Source: Myxococcota bacterium (GTDB lineage: Bacteria > Myxococcota_A > UBA9042 > PHBI01 > JAWLBL01). Taken from it: a stretch of DNA of 64,000 nucleotides. This document shows, in pieces, positions 49,547 through 63,688 of this stretch; within the stretch, counting starts at the first letter, position 1, and every line of letters starts with the position of its first letter. The stretch covers positions 1 through 64,000 of the forward strand of contig JAWLBL010000014.1 of NCBI GenBank assembly GCA_041687695.1, in the 5' to 3' direction. Under the pieces are notes generated by a model. That model was not told the DNA's origin and did not search any database. It saw only the letters and a program-made list of their open reading frames with translations. A program made the translations under genes and the position numbers.

Positions 49547-50751
49547 ACGGGACGCGCGCCCAGCGGCGGGTGGGCCTGCTCGGAGGCGGGCAGCTGGGCC
49601 TGATGCTGGCCGAGTCGCTGCACGCCCTCGACGCCGAGGTCCACGTCTTCGACCCCGACCCGACCGCGCCGGCGCGCGCGCGGCTGCCCCGCGTCGAGAC
49701 CCACGGCTGGGCCGATCTCGACGCGCTCGGGCCCTTCATGGACCGCTGCGACGTGGTCACCTACGAGTCCGAGAACGTCCCCAGCCAGCCGTTCCGCGTG
49801 CTCGAGCGGCAAGGGCGCCTGCTGCCGTCCATCGAGGTGCTCGAGACCGCGCAGGACCGCATCGTCGAAAAGCAGTTCCTGGCGCGGGCGGGCCTGCCCC
49901 ACGTCCTGCACGAGGCCGTCACCGCGCGTGAGGACCTGCCCGCCGCCGCCGAACGGATGGGCTACCCGTTCATCCTCAAGACCGCGCGCGGCGGCTACGA
50001 CGGCAAGGGCCAACACCTCGTGCGCTCGCCCGAGGATCTGGCGACCGTGCTGGCGCACCCGGACACGACGCGCGCCACCTCGGCGGGCTGGGTGCTCGAG
50101 GAGGTGCTCGACATCGCGCTCGAGGTCAGCTGCATCGTCGGTCGCTCGGCCGACGGCGACGTCATCGCCTTCCCGCTGCTCGAGAACGCGCACAGCGAGC
50201 ACGTCCTGGACGTGACGGTCATCCCGGCCCGCGTGCCCGAGGCCGTGAGCGCGGCCCTGCGGGATCAGGCGCTGCGCGCGGCCCGCGCCCTGGAGCTGGT
50301 GGGGCTGCTGACGGTCGAGTTCTTCCTGACGCGGACGCCCGCCCGCGGCCCGGGGCTGACGGTCGACGGCCTGACCCTGTTCGTCAACGAGCTGGCGCCG
50401 CGCCCGCACAACTCGGGCCACGTGACGCGCCGCGCCTGCACCTTCAGCCAGTTCGACGCGCTGGCCCGCATCCTGGTGGGGCTGCCGCTCACCGAGCCGC
50501 GGCTGCTCGGGCCGGGCACCTTCTGCATGGGCAACCTGCTGGGCGACGTCTGGCTGGCGCAAGATCGCCGGGTCCTGGACCTGTCGGCCTGGCGGCACCA
50601 CCCCGCGGTGGTCGAGGTCTACCTGTACGGCAAGGAGCAGCCGCAGGCGCGGCGCAAGATGGGCCACTTCCTGACCTACGCCCCCGACGCCGACCAGGCC
50701 ATCGCCGCCGCCGCCGCCTTCCGCGCCGACCTCGAGGCCACGCGCGCCTGA
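49543..50751 (+). CDS. purK: N5-CAIR synthase
   Basis: [35 protein letters not shown]...RKMGH; GTGA overlap with purE. Confidence 0.95.
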   Translation: MNGTRAQRRVGLLGGGQLGLMLAESLHALDAEVHVFDPDPTAPARARLPRVETHGWADLDALGPFMDRCDVVTYESENVPSQPFRVLERQGRLLPSIEVLETAQDRIVEKQFLARAGLPHVLHEAVTAREDLPAAAERMGYPFILKTARGGYDGKGQHLVRSPEDLATVLAHPDTTRATSAGWVLEEVLDIALEVSCIVGRSADGDVIAFPLLENAHSEHVLDVTVIPARVPEAVSAALRDQALRAARALELVGLLTVEFFLTRTPARGPGLTVDGLTLFVNELAPRPHNSGHVTRRACTFSQFDALARILVGLPLTEPRLLGPGTFCMGNLLGDVWLAQDRRVLDLSAWRHHPAVVEVYLYGKEQPQARRKMGHFLTYAPDADQAIAAAAAFRADLEATRA

Positions 50752-50766
50752 GGCGGCCGCCCGGGC

Positions 50767-51231
50767 TCAGCCCCCCTCGAAGGCCGCGCGGGTCACGCGG
50801 TGGCGGTAGCGGAACAACAGCGCCAGCTGCGGCCACAGCGCGGCGGGCGCCAGCGCACGCCCCAGCGCGCCGCCGGGCGGGACGATCTCGATGTGGTCCT
50901 CGAGCAGGCACGCGTCGGGGCCCTCGCGCATGAAGCGGTGCGTGTGCACCCACGCGCGGAAGGGGCCCTCGATCTGCACGTCCCGGAACTGGCGCCCGGC
51001 CTGGTAGTCGCGGTGCTCGGCCACCCAGGTCACCGACAGCGGGCCGACCCCCATGCGCAGCACGGCGCGAGCGCCGTCGCGCAGGCTGGGCGGCGGCTGG
51101 AGCACGCGCACGGGCGCCCAGGGCGGAGTCAGCTCGGCCAGGACCTCGGGGCGCTCGTGCCAGGCGAAGACCGCCTCGGGCGACGCTGGGATGACCGACC
51201 GCCACACGAAGACCCAGGGGCGCCCGCTCAT
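50767..51231 (-). CDS. SRPBCC/cyclase family protein
   Basis: SPEAVFAWHERP, LTPPW, FRDVQIEGPFRAWVHTHRF, LFRYRH; ATGA overlap with sohB. Confidence 0.85.
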   Translation of the reverse strand: MSGRPWVFVWRSVIPASPEAVFAWHERPEVLAELTPPWAPVRVLQPPPSLRDGARAVLRMGVGPLSVTWVAEHRDYQAGRQFRDVQIEGPFRAWVHTHRFMREGPDACLLEDHIEIVPPGGALGRALAPAALWPQLALLFRYRHRVTRAAFEGG

Positions 51232-52259
51232 CCCAGCTTCCGCTCGTCGAGCTCGGCCATGGCGCGCCCGAACAGCCGGACGCCCATGCGCTCGAGCGCC
51301 TCGGTGAAGCGCTGGCTGACCGACTTGCGGATGCGGTAGCGGACGTGGAAGACGTCCGCCTCGTCGAACCGCGCGACCAGCCAGTCGTCGCTGGTCGCGA
51401 GCTCGTCCACCAGCCCCAGCGACAGGGCCTGAGCGCCGTACCAGTGCTCGCCCGTCGCGACGCGCGCGACGTCCAGCTCGGGCCGGTAGCGGCCGACCCA
51501 GTCCTTGAACAGGGCGTGGGTCTCGTCCAGATCCTGCTGGAACTTGGCGCGGCCCTTGTCGGTGTTCTCGCCGAAGACCGTGAGCGTCCGCTTGTGCTCG
51601 CCCGCGGTCAGCTGCTCGACGTCCACCTCGTGGCGCTTGAGCAGCCGATGCACGTTCGGGACCGTCGCGACGACCCCGATGGAGCCGATGACGGCGAAGG
51701 GCGCCGCCACGATGCGGTCGGCCACCGCGGCCATCATGTAGCCGCCGCTGGCCGCGACCTTGTCGACCACCGCGGTCACCGGCACCTGCCGCTCGCGCAG
51801 GCGCACCAGCTGCGACGCCGCCAGGCCGTAGGCGTGCACCAGCCCGCCCAGGCTGAACAGGCGCAGCATCACCTCGTCGCCGGGCCGGGCCGTCGACAGG
51901 ACCGCCGTCACCTCCCGGCGCAGCGACTCGACCTGGCTCGCCTTGACGTCGCCCTCGAAGGTCAGGACGAAGACGCGCTTGCGGCCGTCGCGATCCCGCT
52001 CGCCGGCCTCGGCGGCCCGTGCGGCCTTGCGCTCCTTGCGCAGGGCGCGACGCGACAGCGGCGGCCCCAGGGCGCGGCGCATCGTGTCGCGCAGGCGCCG
52101 GTAGCGACGGTTCAGGTTGGTCACGGTCAGCTGCCCGGGCTCCCGGGAGCCCCGGCCGCGGCCGCTGGCGCGCGCGATGCCGCCGACGACGAACAGGATG
52201 GCCGCCACGACGGTGACCGCCTTGGCGAGGAACAGGCCGTACTCGTAGAGGAACTGCAT
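51228..52259 (-). CDS. sohB: Protease SohB (S49)
   Basis: YEYGLFLAKAVTVV, FEGDVKAS, GGLVHAYGLAASQL, VDKVAASGGYMMA, GSIGVV. Confidence 0.94.
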   Translation of the reverse strand: MQFLYEYGLFLAKAVTVVAAILFVVGGIARASGRGRGSREPGQLTVTNLNRRYRRLRDTMRRALGPPLSRRALRKERKAARAAEAGERDRDGRKRVFVLTFEGDVKASQVESLRREVTAVLSTARPGDEVMLRLFSLGGLVHAYGLAASQLVRLRERQVPVTAVVDKVAASGGYMMAAVADRIVAAPFAVIGSIGVVATVPNVHRLLKRHEVDVEQLTAGEHKRTLTVFGENTDKGRAKFQQDLDETHALFKDWVGRYRPELDVARVATGEHWYGAQALSLGLVDELATSDDWLVARFDEADVFHVRYRIRKSVSQRFTEALERMGVRLFGRAMAELDERKLG

Positions 52260-52396
52260 GGAGCGGCGCGCCTCCGGGCGCGGGGCGGTGCGGGATCGTC
52301 GGGGGGTGGGCGGCCAGCATGCGGTGGGGCGGTCCGAGACGCCAGAACACGGCCCGTGCCTAGGGTTTCGGGGTCAACCGAGGCCCAGGAGGCATC

Positions 52397-52774
52397 ATGG
52401 AAGGTTACCGCGACCGTTACCTGGCTGGCGGCGAGGGCCGCGCCGTGACCCACACCCGCGACCGCAAGTCCATCGTGATCGGCTCGCTGTGGATGGTGGG
52501 CCTGTCGCTGCTCTTGTTCTTCCTGCCGCTCATCAACGGCTTCGTCGGGGGCCTCGTCGGCGGCTACAAGGTCGGCGGCGTCGGCCGCGCGCTGATGGCG
52601 GCCATCCTGCCGGCCATCGTCGTCGCGGCGGGCCTGTGGATCCTGCTCGCCGTCCTCGACGCCCCGCTCATCGGGCTGGTCGCCGGCGCGACGCTCGGCC
52701 TGCTGGTCCTGCTGAGCGACCTCGGGCTGTTCCTGGGCGCCGGCATCGGCGGAGCCATGAACAAGGCGCCCTGA
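52397..52774 (+). CDS. Hypothetical membrane protein
   Basis: AGGAGG RBS; several Gly-rich TM segments (LPLINGFVGGLVGG). Confidence 0.72.
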   Translation: MEGYRDRYLAGGEGRAVTHTRDRKSIVIGSLWMVGLSLLLFFLPLINGFVGGLVGGYKVGGVGRALMAAILPAIVVAAGLWILLAVLDAPLIGLVAGATLGLLVLLSDLGLFLGAGIGGAMNKAP

Positions 52775-52846
52775 GGCGGCGCCGATCGGCGTGAGCGGCG
52801 TGGCACCGGCCCCGAGCGCCGGCCAGGCCGCCGCGCGCCGAGGTCA

Positions 52847-52874
52847 TTGCTTTCCAAGGGGCGGGGCTTAGCAT
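52847..52874 (+). promoter_or_regulatory. Candidate sigma70 promoter
   Basis: TTGCTT-16 nt-TAGCAT upstream of a structured leader. Confidence 0.3.
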
Positions 52875-52998
52875 CCAGAGCTGCTGCTGCTGCTCCTGCT
52901 CGAGGGCACCGGGAGCGGCAGTCCATGGCTGCATGGCGGAGGAACCCTCGTCACCTCCGCCGGGCGCGTGCGCGCGCCTGTCTGAGGTCATTCACTCC

Positions 52999-53166
52999 AT
53001 GTCCGACCCGAAGAAGACGTCCGTCACTCCGACGCCCGACCCCCGCTCCGATGGGCCCGCGCCCGGCGACCCGGGGCCGCCGTCCCAGGACGCGTTCAAG
53101 TACGCGCTGCTCTACTTCGTGCTGCCGCTGGCGGCCCTGCTGGGCATCTACGCAGCGACCAGCTGA
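52999..53166 (+). CDS. Small single-pass membrane protein (55 aa)
   Basis: GAGG RBS; Pro-rich N-terminus then FKYALLYFVLPLAALLGIYAA; followed by a terminator. Confidence 0.65.
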   Translation: MSDPKKTSVTPTPDPRSDGPAPGDPGPPSQDAFKYALLYFVLPLAALLGIYAATS

Positions 53167-53183
53167 CGCGCCGCGTCGGCCGA

Positions 53184-53242
53184 AGAGGCGCCGGATGACC
53201 CCACCGCGAGGCAGGGTCACCCGGCGCCTTCGTCGTTTCGAA
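53184..53242 (+). terminator. Hairpin terminator with TTCGTCGTTTCGAA tail
   Basis: aggcgccggatgaccc / gggtcacccggcgcct inverted repeat. Confidence 0.75.
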
Positions 53243-53333
53243 CCCCTTGTGACCGCTCCCCCGGCTCCGTAGGATGCCCGACCGCGCGATCGCCGCGCCC
53301 GACGGCACCCACGCCCACGCCCGGAGAGGTCCC

Positions 53334-56090
53334 ATGCGCCTCGTCAGCCTCCTCGCCCTGGGGCTCGCCCTGCCCGCGCTCCCCTTCGCCGCCTGTGGCG
53401 ACAGCACCAGCGGCGGCACCAAGTCGCTCATCGACACCGACGCCGTCAGCGGCGACGTCCCCCACGGCGACACGACGAACCCGGACGCCGTGGGCCCCAC
53501 TGCGGTCGCCCTCGAGACGGTCGTCTCCGCCGCGCAGGTCACCGCCGGGGCCTCGGTCACCGTCACCTGCTCGGCCGTCGACGCGGACGGCGCCTCGGTG
53601 CCGGTCAGCCAGGTCCCGGGCCTGACCGGGTTCGAGGTCGTGGCCCTGCCGTCGGCCGGCGTCACCGTCGACGGCCTCGACGTCACCCCGACCGTGGCCG
53701 GCTCCGTCGAACTGGCCTGCGAGGGCCAGGGAGCCGATCTCGTCGACCCCACGCCGGCGACCGTGACCGTCGTCGCCGGCGCCCCGGCCAAGACCCTCGC
53801 GTCGCTCACCCCGCCGACCGTCACGGCCGGCGAGTCGGTCGCCGCCGCCTGCGAGGTCCAGGACGCCTACGGCAACGTCATCGCCGACGCGACGCCGACC
53901 TTCGCGATGGCGCCCGCCGACGGCGGCGACGCCAGCGCCCTGCCCGCCACGCCGACCACGGCCGGCAGCTTCCACGTCACCTGCGCCGTCGCGGGCGCCG
54001 AGGCGCTCGAGCAGGTCCCGGCGACGCTGACCGTCGAGCCCGCGGCCGCCGTCTCGCTGACCCTGTCGGCCACGCCCGACCAGAAGGCCTACCTGCTGGG
54101 CCAGGCCATCACCCTGGTCGGCCAGGGCGAGGACGTGTACGGCAACACCTTCCCGGTGGCCCTCGGCGAGCCGACGGTCACCCCCGACGGCCACCACGAG
54201 CTGCTCGCCAACGGCAAGCTGCGCTTCAACCTCGAGGGCAAGTACGTCGCCGAGGCCGCCGCCCAGGACGACCCCGCGCTGACCGCGTCACTGCCGCTGG
54301 TGGTCGACCAGACCCCGCCCACGCTGACCCTGCTCACGCCCGACCGCGGCCTGGCGACGACCGACGCGGCGGTCACCGTGACGGGGACCGTGGTCGACAA
54401 CCTGGGCGAGATCGCCTCGCTCACCCTGGGCGACACCGAGATCCCGGTGGCCGCCGACGGCTCGTTCACGGTCGAGGCCCCGCTCGCCTACGGCATCAAC
54501 GTGCTCGAGCTCGTCGCCACCGACCCCTACGACCTCACCTCGAACGCGACCCGGTCGGTCCTCGCCTCGTCGACCTTCAACGCGCCCGCCCCGGCCGGCC
54601 TCGACAAGGCGGTGGTCCTGGTCCTCGCCCCCGAGACCATCGACGACGGGGTGCAGGACCTGACGCAGCCCGACGACCTCGCCAGCATCGTCGCCCTGAT
54701 GCTCCAGCAGATGGACTTCGCGGCCTTCCTGCCCGACCCGCTCGTCGGCTTCTCGTGCCTGGGCGGCGACTGCGAGATCCGAGTGTCCCAGGTCACCTAC
54801 GACACGCCCGTGGTGACGATGAAGCTCATCTCGAACGCCATCCGGCTCGAGGTGTCGCTGCCCAACCTGGCCGGCACCATCCAGCTCGAGGTGCCGTGCG
54901 ACTCGTTCCTGTGCCCCAGCGATCCCATCGTGATGCCCGGCACCTTCGGGGCCCAGACGGTCATCCTGTCCACCGAGATCAAGGTGACCCTGGCGGCGGA
55001 CGGCACGCCCGAGCTGGCCGCCGAGAACACCGACGTCGAGGTCGACGGCCTGTCGGTCACCATAGCCAACACCCTGGCCTCCATCCCGGTCATCGGCCCG
55101 GCGACGCAGGGCGTCATCGACAGCGTGGTCGGCTGGATGGAGCCCGGCCTGGTCACCGCCCTCGAGGTCGCCGTCCCGCTCATCGTCGAGGACCAGGTCG
55201 CCGGCGCGCTCGGCGGCGTGCTCGAGGCCCTCGACATCGAGCAGGAGCTCGAGATCCCGGCGGTCGTCGACGGCGCCTCGCCCAACACGCTCCAGATCAC
55301 CACGGCCATGACGGCCATCGACATCAACCCGCAGTTCATGCGCCTCGAGCTGGCGGCGGGCGCCCTCAGCGTCTCGACGCCGCCCGAGGGCTTCGACCCG
55401 GTCCACGTCGCCACCGGGTCGCTCGGCTACCTCGGCTGCGGGCCCATGGGCGCCGTCACGGCCCCGCCGACCGACCGCATCGCCGCGGGCCTCCAGGACG
55501 ATCTGGTCAACCAGCTGCTGCTGGCCGTGTACGCCGGCGGCACCCTGGCCATCGCCATGGACGCCGAGCAGGCGGCGTCGCTGGATCTGAGCCAGTACGG
55601 CATCGATCTGAAGTCGCTGACCACGACGCCGCTGCTGCCGCCGGTCCTGAACTCGTGCGGCCGCGACGACGCGGGCGTCCTGCAGATGGGCGACTTCTGG
55701 GTCGACGTCGAGCTGACCCTGCTCGGCACCGAGTCGCACATCGGGCTGTGGGTCCACCTCGAGGCGCCCTTCGCGCTCGAGGCGACCAAGGACGAAGAGG
55801 GCGCCACGGCCCTGGGCCTGTCCCTGGGCGACATCGCGCTGGGCGCCGACGTCGTGACCAACACGGGCACCTTCGAGGGCGACGACGCCGCCCTGGTCGC
55901 GCTGCTGCAGGACGCGCTGCTTCCGATGGCGCTCGAGTCGCTGACCGACGGCAGCCTCGCCTTCACGCTGCCGGCCTTCGACCTCGCCTCGCTCGACGAG
56001 AACATCCCCGAGGGCACGGTCATCGGCGTCGGCGTGAACGCCATCGTGCGCAACCAGGGCTACCTGCAGGTCGACGGGCAGCTCGAGTAG
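53334..56090 (+). CDS. Large acidic lipoprotein with Ig-like repeats and a possible BPI/LBP-like C-terminal region
   Basis: PFAAC lipobox; DAYGN/DVYGN Ig-like repeats; VDQTPPTL...GINVLELVATD; C-terminal QDDLVNQLLLAVYAGG. Confidence 0.78.
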   Translation: MRLVSLLALGLALPALPFAACGDSTSGGTKSLIDTDAVSGDVPHGDTTNPDAVGPTAVALETVVSAAQVTAGASVTVTCSAVDADGASVPVSQVPGLTGFEVVALPSAGVTVDGLDVTPTVAGSVELACEGQGADLVDPTPATVTVVAGAPAKTLASLTPPTVTAGESVAAACEVQDAYGNVIADATPTFAMAPADGGDASALPATPTTAGSFHVTCAVAGAEALEQVPATLTVEPAAAVSLTLSATPDQKAYLLGQAITLVGQGEDVYGNTFPVALGEPTVTPDGHHELLANGKLRFNLEGKYVAEAAAQDDPALTASLPLVVDQTPPTLTLLTPDRGLATTDAAVTVTGTVVDNLGEIASLTLGDTEIPVAADGSFTVEAPLAYGINVLELVATDPYDLTSNATRSVLASSTFNAPAPAGLDKAVVLVLAPETIDDGVQDLTQPDDLASIVALMLQQMDFAAFLPDPLVGFSCLGGDCEIRVSQVTYDTPVVTMKLISNAIRLEVSLPNLAGTIQLEVPCDSFLCPSDPIVMPGTFGAQTVILSTEIKVTLAADGTPELAAENTDVEVDGLSVTIANTLASIPVIGPATQGVIDSVVGWMEPGLVTALEVAVPLIVEDQVAGALGGVLEALDIEQELEIPAVVDGASPNTLQITTAMTAIDINPQFMRLELAAGALSVSTPPEGFDPVHVATGSLGYLGCGPMGAVTAPPTDRIAAGLQDDLVNQLLLAVYAGGTLAIAMDAEQAASLDLSQYGIDLKSLTTTPLLPPVLNSCGRDDAGVLQMGDFWVDVELTLLGTESHIGLWVHLEAPFALEATKDEEGATALGLSLGDIALGADVVTNTGTFEGDDAALVALLQDALLPMALESLTDGSLAFTLPAFDLASLDENIPEGTVIGVGVNAIVRNQGYLQVDGQLE

Positions 56091-56174
56091 CGCGCCGCCG
56101 GCCGGCCGGGTGCCTTGGCCCTCCCCTCGCCGTCCATAGGGTTGTCCCGTGGACCCAAGGACGAGGGGAGAGCC

Positions 56175-56879
56175 ATGAAGTACAAGGACTTCGTGGGCCA
56201 GGTGCAGCGCCGGGCCCAGATCGACTCGGCCCGCGACGCCGAGCGCGCCATCCAGGCGACGCTCGAGGCGCTCTCGGACGCGCTGTTCGACGGCGACACC
56301 GAGGACCTCGCGCGGCAGCTGCCGGCCGAGCTGGCCGAGTGCCTGCGGCAGCCGGATCCCCGCCAGCGGGCCCGGGCGCGGCGCGGCCCCGACACGCGCG
56401 ACCGCACCGGCAGCGAGCCCGTGCCGCGCGACCGCGGCTCGCTCGACCAGACGGGCCTCGAGCGCCGGCGCGACGTGCTGCTCGACGCCGAGCGGCCCGA
56501 GGGGGTCGGCCACCGCGAGGGCATGAACCAAGACATCACGCGTCGCACCGCCGGCCCCTCCCAGCTCGCCGAGGCGCCGCCGAGCGACAACGAGATCAGC
56601 GCGCACGTGGGGGATCGCCAGGTCGGCCTGCCTGGCCCCGACGAGGTCGGCGCGCAGCCGACGGAGCTGCAGGAGCCCGAGGGGCTGCCGCGCATGGTCC
56701 ACCACGTGGCCGAGCGCGAGGGGACGAACGAGACGCAGGCCCGGGCGCACGTCAAGGCGGTCTTCCAAGTGCTCACGCGGGCGGTCGACGAGCGCGAGCT
56801 GAGCGATCTGCGCGACCACCTGCCGCCCGACATCGCGCGGCTGTTCGAGGAGGGCGGCCCCGACCTGCCCCGCGCCTGA
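56175..56879 (+). CDS. DUF2267 family protein with internal low-complexity insertion
   Basis: MKYKDFVGQVQRRA...AERAIQATLEAL...LARQLPAEL and HVKAVFQVL...DLRDHLPPDIARLF halves. Confidence 0.78.
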   Translation: MKYKDFVGQVQRRAQIDSARDAERAIQATLEALSDALFDGDTEDLARQLPAELAECLRQPDPRQRARARRGPDTRDRTGSEPVPRDRGSLDQTGLERRRDVLLDAERPEGVGHREGMNQDITRRTAGPSQLAEAPPSDNEISAHVGDRQVGLPGPDEVGAQPTELQEPEGLPRMVHHVAEREGTNETQARAHVKAVFQVLTRAVDERELSDLRDHLPPDIARLFEEGGPDLPRA

Positions 56880-57014
56880 CGGAGCCCCCCGCGCCGACCG
56901 GCCGGGCCCACGCGGCGGGGGCGTCGCGTCGCGCCCGGTTCGGGGACTCGCGCCCCGGGCTTTGTTATAGGTCCGGGCATCCCTGCACCGCCCCGACGAA
57001 CGGAAGGTGAGCCG

Positions 57015-58636
57015 ATGACCACGGCGGCGTCACGCGGGTCCGCGCCCGGCCTGCCGACCCTGCACACGCGCGCGAGCGGCGTGCTCCTGCACCTGACGAG
57101 CCTGCCGGGGCCCTTCGGCTCGGGGGACCTCGGGGGTGCGGCGCGCGCCTTCATCGAGTTCCTCCGCGCCGCCGACCAGCGCTGGTGGCAGATGCTGCCG
57201 GTCGGGCCGGCGGGCTACGGCAACTCGCCCTACTCGGCCCTGTCGGCCTTCGCCGGCGACCCGCTGCTGGTCAGCCCCGAGGGGCTGGTCCGCGACGGCT
57301 GGCTCGAGCGGCAGGCGCTCGAGCGGGCGCCCGCCTTCCCGTCTGGACGGGTCGACTACCCGGCGGCGCGGCGCTTTCGCGAGGGGCTCTTGCGTCAGGC
57401 CTTCGCCGCCTTCGAGGCGCGGGCCGACGCGGCGGCGCGGGCCGAGCACGAGCGCTTCGTGGCCGAGCAGGCCGGCTGGCTCGACGACTTCACGCTGTTC
57501 GTCGCGCTCAAGGAGGCGCACCGGCAGGTCCAGTGGACGCGCTGGGAGCCCGAGGTGCGCGATCGCCAGGCGGAGGCGCTGGCCCGGGCCAGGCGCGAGC
57601 TGCGCGGCGAGATCGCCTTCCACGGGTTCGTCCAGTGGCAGTTCGCGCGCCAGTGGGCCGCGCTGCGGCGCGACTGCGAGGGGCTGGGCGTGGCCCTCGT
57701 GGGCGACGTGCCGATCTTCGTCGCCCACGACAGCGCCGACGTGTGGGCGCGGCGCGAGCTGTTCCAGCTCGACGCGGCCGGCGAGCCGACGGTCGTGGCC
57801 GGCGTGCCGCCCGACTACTTCAGCGCGACCGGGCAGCGCTGGGGCAACCCGCTGTACCGCTGGACGGCGATGGCCGAGCGCGGCTTCGCGTGGTGGATCG
57901 ACCGGCTGCGGGTGACGCTCGAGCGCTTCCACGCGGTGCGCCTAGACCACTTCATCGGCTTTCAGCGCTACTGGGAGATCCCCGCCAACGAACCCACGGC
58001 CGAGCACGGCGTGTGGGAGCCCGGGCCCGGCGCCGCCCTGTTCGACGCCGTGCGCGACGCCCTGGGCGAGCTGCCGCTCATCGCCGAGGACCTGGGCGCC
58101 GTCACCCCCGAGGTCAAGGCGCTGCGCGACCGCTTCGGGCTGCCGGGGCTGCGCATCCTGCAGTTCGCCTTCGGCGACGACCCCTCGGCCCCCGACTTCA
58201 AGCCCCACAACTACCCGCGCCGGACCGTGGTCTACACGGGCACCCACGACAACGACACCACGGTCGGCTGGTTCACCGACCCCGGCGGCGGCGACAGCGT
58301 CCGCACCCCCGCGCAGACCGAGCTCGAGCGCCGCTTCGCCATGGCCTACCTGCCCAGCGACGGGGCCGAGATCCACTGGGACATGATCCGCGCCGCCTCC
58401 GCGTCGGTCGCCGACGTGTCGATCTTCCCGGCCCAGGACCTGCTCGGGCTCGGCGCCGAGGCGCGCATGAACCGCCCGGGCCAGCCGTCCGGCAACTGGG
58501 AGTGGCGGCTGTGGCCCGGCGCCCTGACGCCCGAGCTGGCCGCCCGCCTCCGCCACCTGACCCGCCTGTACGACCGAGGAACGGACGCCGCCGCGTCCGG
58601 CGCCGCGGACGCGACCCCACCTCGAGGCCCCCGCCC

Positions 58637-58640
<4 letters not shown>
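57015..58640 (+). CDS. malQ: 4-alpha-glucanotransferase (amylomaltase)
   Basis: [57 protein letters not shown]. Confidence 0.96.
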
Positions 58641-62023
<3,383 letters not shown>

Positions 62024-62048
62024 CGCCCGACCCAGCCGCGACGCGGCG

Positions 62049-63485
62049 TCAGTTCACGCAGCCCGAGGTGTCGGGCGCCGTGAAGGTCCCGTCGGTGTCC
62101 AGGACGACGCCCAGCGACAGCAGGCCGGCGCTGGTGACGCACCAGGACTCGATGGGCCCAGGCGCCTCGCCGGTCGCCGGGTCGAAGTCGAGCGGCCCGG
62201 AGGCGCCCTCGAAGTCCAGCGTCTGGTCCGGGTTGGTCGACAGCTTCTGGGTCATCTCGTTGAAGGCCGACCCGCCGGCCTTCACGGGGTCGCCCTCGGA
62301 CAGGCGGCCCAGGCCATAGGCCAGCCGCTCGCCGGTGACGGGCCCGCCCAGGTGGGTCGACGCCGCGACCGCGTACCCGACCAGGTACATGGCGTCATAG
62401 GCGTGAGCCGCGTACGACACGGGGCCGTCGTCGTCCTTGAACTTCGCCTCGTAGCGGGTCTTGAAGCCCTGGTAGGCCGCCCCGCCCGGGGAGCCGGCGT
62501 TGAAGCCCACCACGACGCGCAGCAGGGTCGCCGGCAGCGCCTTCAGATCGTCGCTCTTGAGCCCGTCGCTGAGCAGGAACCGCTTGGCCTTGCCGTCGGC
62601 CAGCTCCAGCAGGCGCTTGCCGTCATCGTGCAGGCCGACGATGACCAGGGCGTCGGGCTGGAAGGCTTCGACGTCGGCGACGATGGCCGCCTGGTCGTCC
62701 TCGAGGTGGGCCGCCTCGACGCGATAGCTCTGGGTCTCGAAGCCCGCGGCGCAGTCGGGCAGCACGTCGCACAGCTGCTCCTGCAGCCGGTCGCGGAAGC
62801 CGTTGCCGTAGGTGTCGTCGCGGTTGGCGACGTAGACGCGCTGAAAGCCCTGGTCGGCGATGTACTGGACCATGGCCGCGCTCTGCGTGGTGTCGCTGGT
62901 GGCCGTCCGCCACAGGAGGTTGTCGTCGGCGAGGTGCGTCATCGCCGCGGCCGTGGCCGAGGGGCTGATCATCAGGACCTTGGCGGGGCGCGCGACCTCG
63001 GTGAAGGCGGCGATGGTGTTGGCGCTCGAGGCGGCGCCGATGATGGCCGGGACCTCGGCCACGGCGACCAGGTGCTGGGCGGCCGCCTTGGCCCCCTCGA
63101 CCGTCCCGCCGTCGTCGCAGGCCAGCACGCCGACCCGCTTGCCCAGCAGCCCGCCGTTGTCGTTCATCTCGGACACGGCCAGCTCGACCGCCCGGTCGCG
63201 CCCCTGGCCGTTCGGCGTCGCCAAGGGCAACAGCGTACCGAACAGGTGGACCTCGCCGCCCCGGGCCTCGGCCTCTTCGACCCCGTACAGCCGCTGGCAG
63301 GGCCCGTCCAGCAGCGGCGCGACCACCGCGTCGGGGCCGGTCTCGGCCTTGCTGTCCTCGGCGGTGACGTCGGCCGACGCGGTGTCATCGACCGCGTCGG
63401 CTGACTGCTCGACCACGATCTCGCCGCACCCGAACACGCAAAGGGCGAGCCCCGCGGCTCCCAACCGCTCCAACCACCGGCGCAT
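62049..63485 (-). CDS. ABC branched-chain amino acid-type substrate-binding lipoprotein
   Basis: CVFGC lipobox; ELAVSEMN, AIIGAASS, ISPSAT, DTYGNG, AYDAMYL, FEGASGPLDFD; GGGAGG RBS. Confidence 0.88.
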   Translation of the reverse strand: MRRWLERLGAAGLALCVFGCGEIVVEQSADAVDDTASADVTAEDSKAETGPDAVVAPLLDGPCQRLYGVEEAEARGGEVHLFGTLLPLATPNGQGRDRAVELAVSEMNDNGGLLGKRVGVLACDDGGTVEGAKAAAQHLVAVAEVPAIIGAASSANTIAAFTEVARPAKVLMISPSATAAAMTHLADDNLLWRTATSDTTQSAAMVQYIADQGFQRVYVANRDDTYGNGFRDRLQEQLCDVLPDCAAGFETQSYRVEAAHLEDDQAAIVADVEAFQPDALVIVGLHDDGKRLLELADGKAKRFLLSDGLKSDDLKALPATLLRVVVGFNAGSPGGAAYQGFKTRYEAKFKDDDGPVSYAAHAYDAMYLVGYAVAASTHLGGPVTGERLAYGLGRLSEGDPVKAGGSAFNEMTQKLSTNPDQTLDFEGASGPLDFDPATGEAPGPIESWCVTSAGLLSLGVVLDTDGTFTAPDTSGCVN

Positions 63486-63585
63486 GGCGTCCTCCCGACC
63501 GTGACGAGACGTGTGGCCGGATGGTAGCCGACAGATCGGGGGGCTCGTCAATGCGGGCGGGGTCGCCTCGGGTCGCGGCGCCCCA

Positions 63586-63657
63586 GCCTCGGACCACGGC
63601 CACCGCCACGGCCTCCGCCACGGCCACCGCCACGGCCTCGGACCACGGCCTCCGCCA
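63586..63657. repeat. Degenerate hexamer/dodecamer tandem repeat (ccacgg/ccaccg/cctccg)
   Basis: Directly visible short tandem units downstream of the transglycosylase terminator. Confidence 0.75.
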
Positions 63658-63688
63658 CTGTCCCCTGCGCTCCCAGCCGCGCTGGCCC

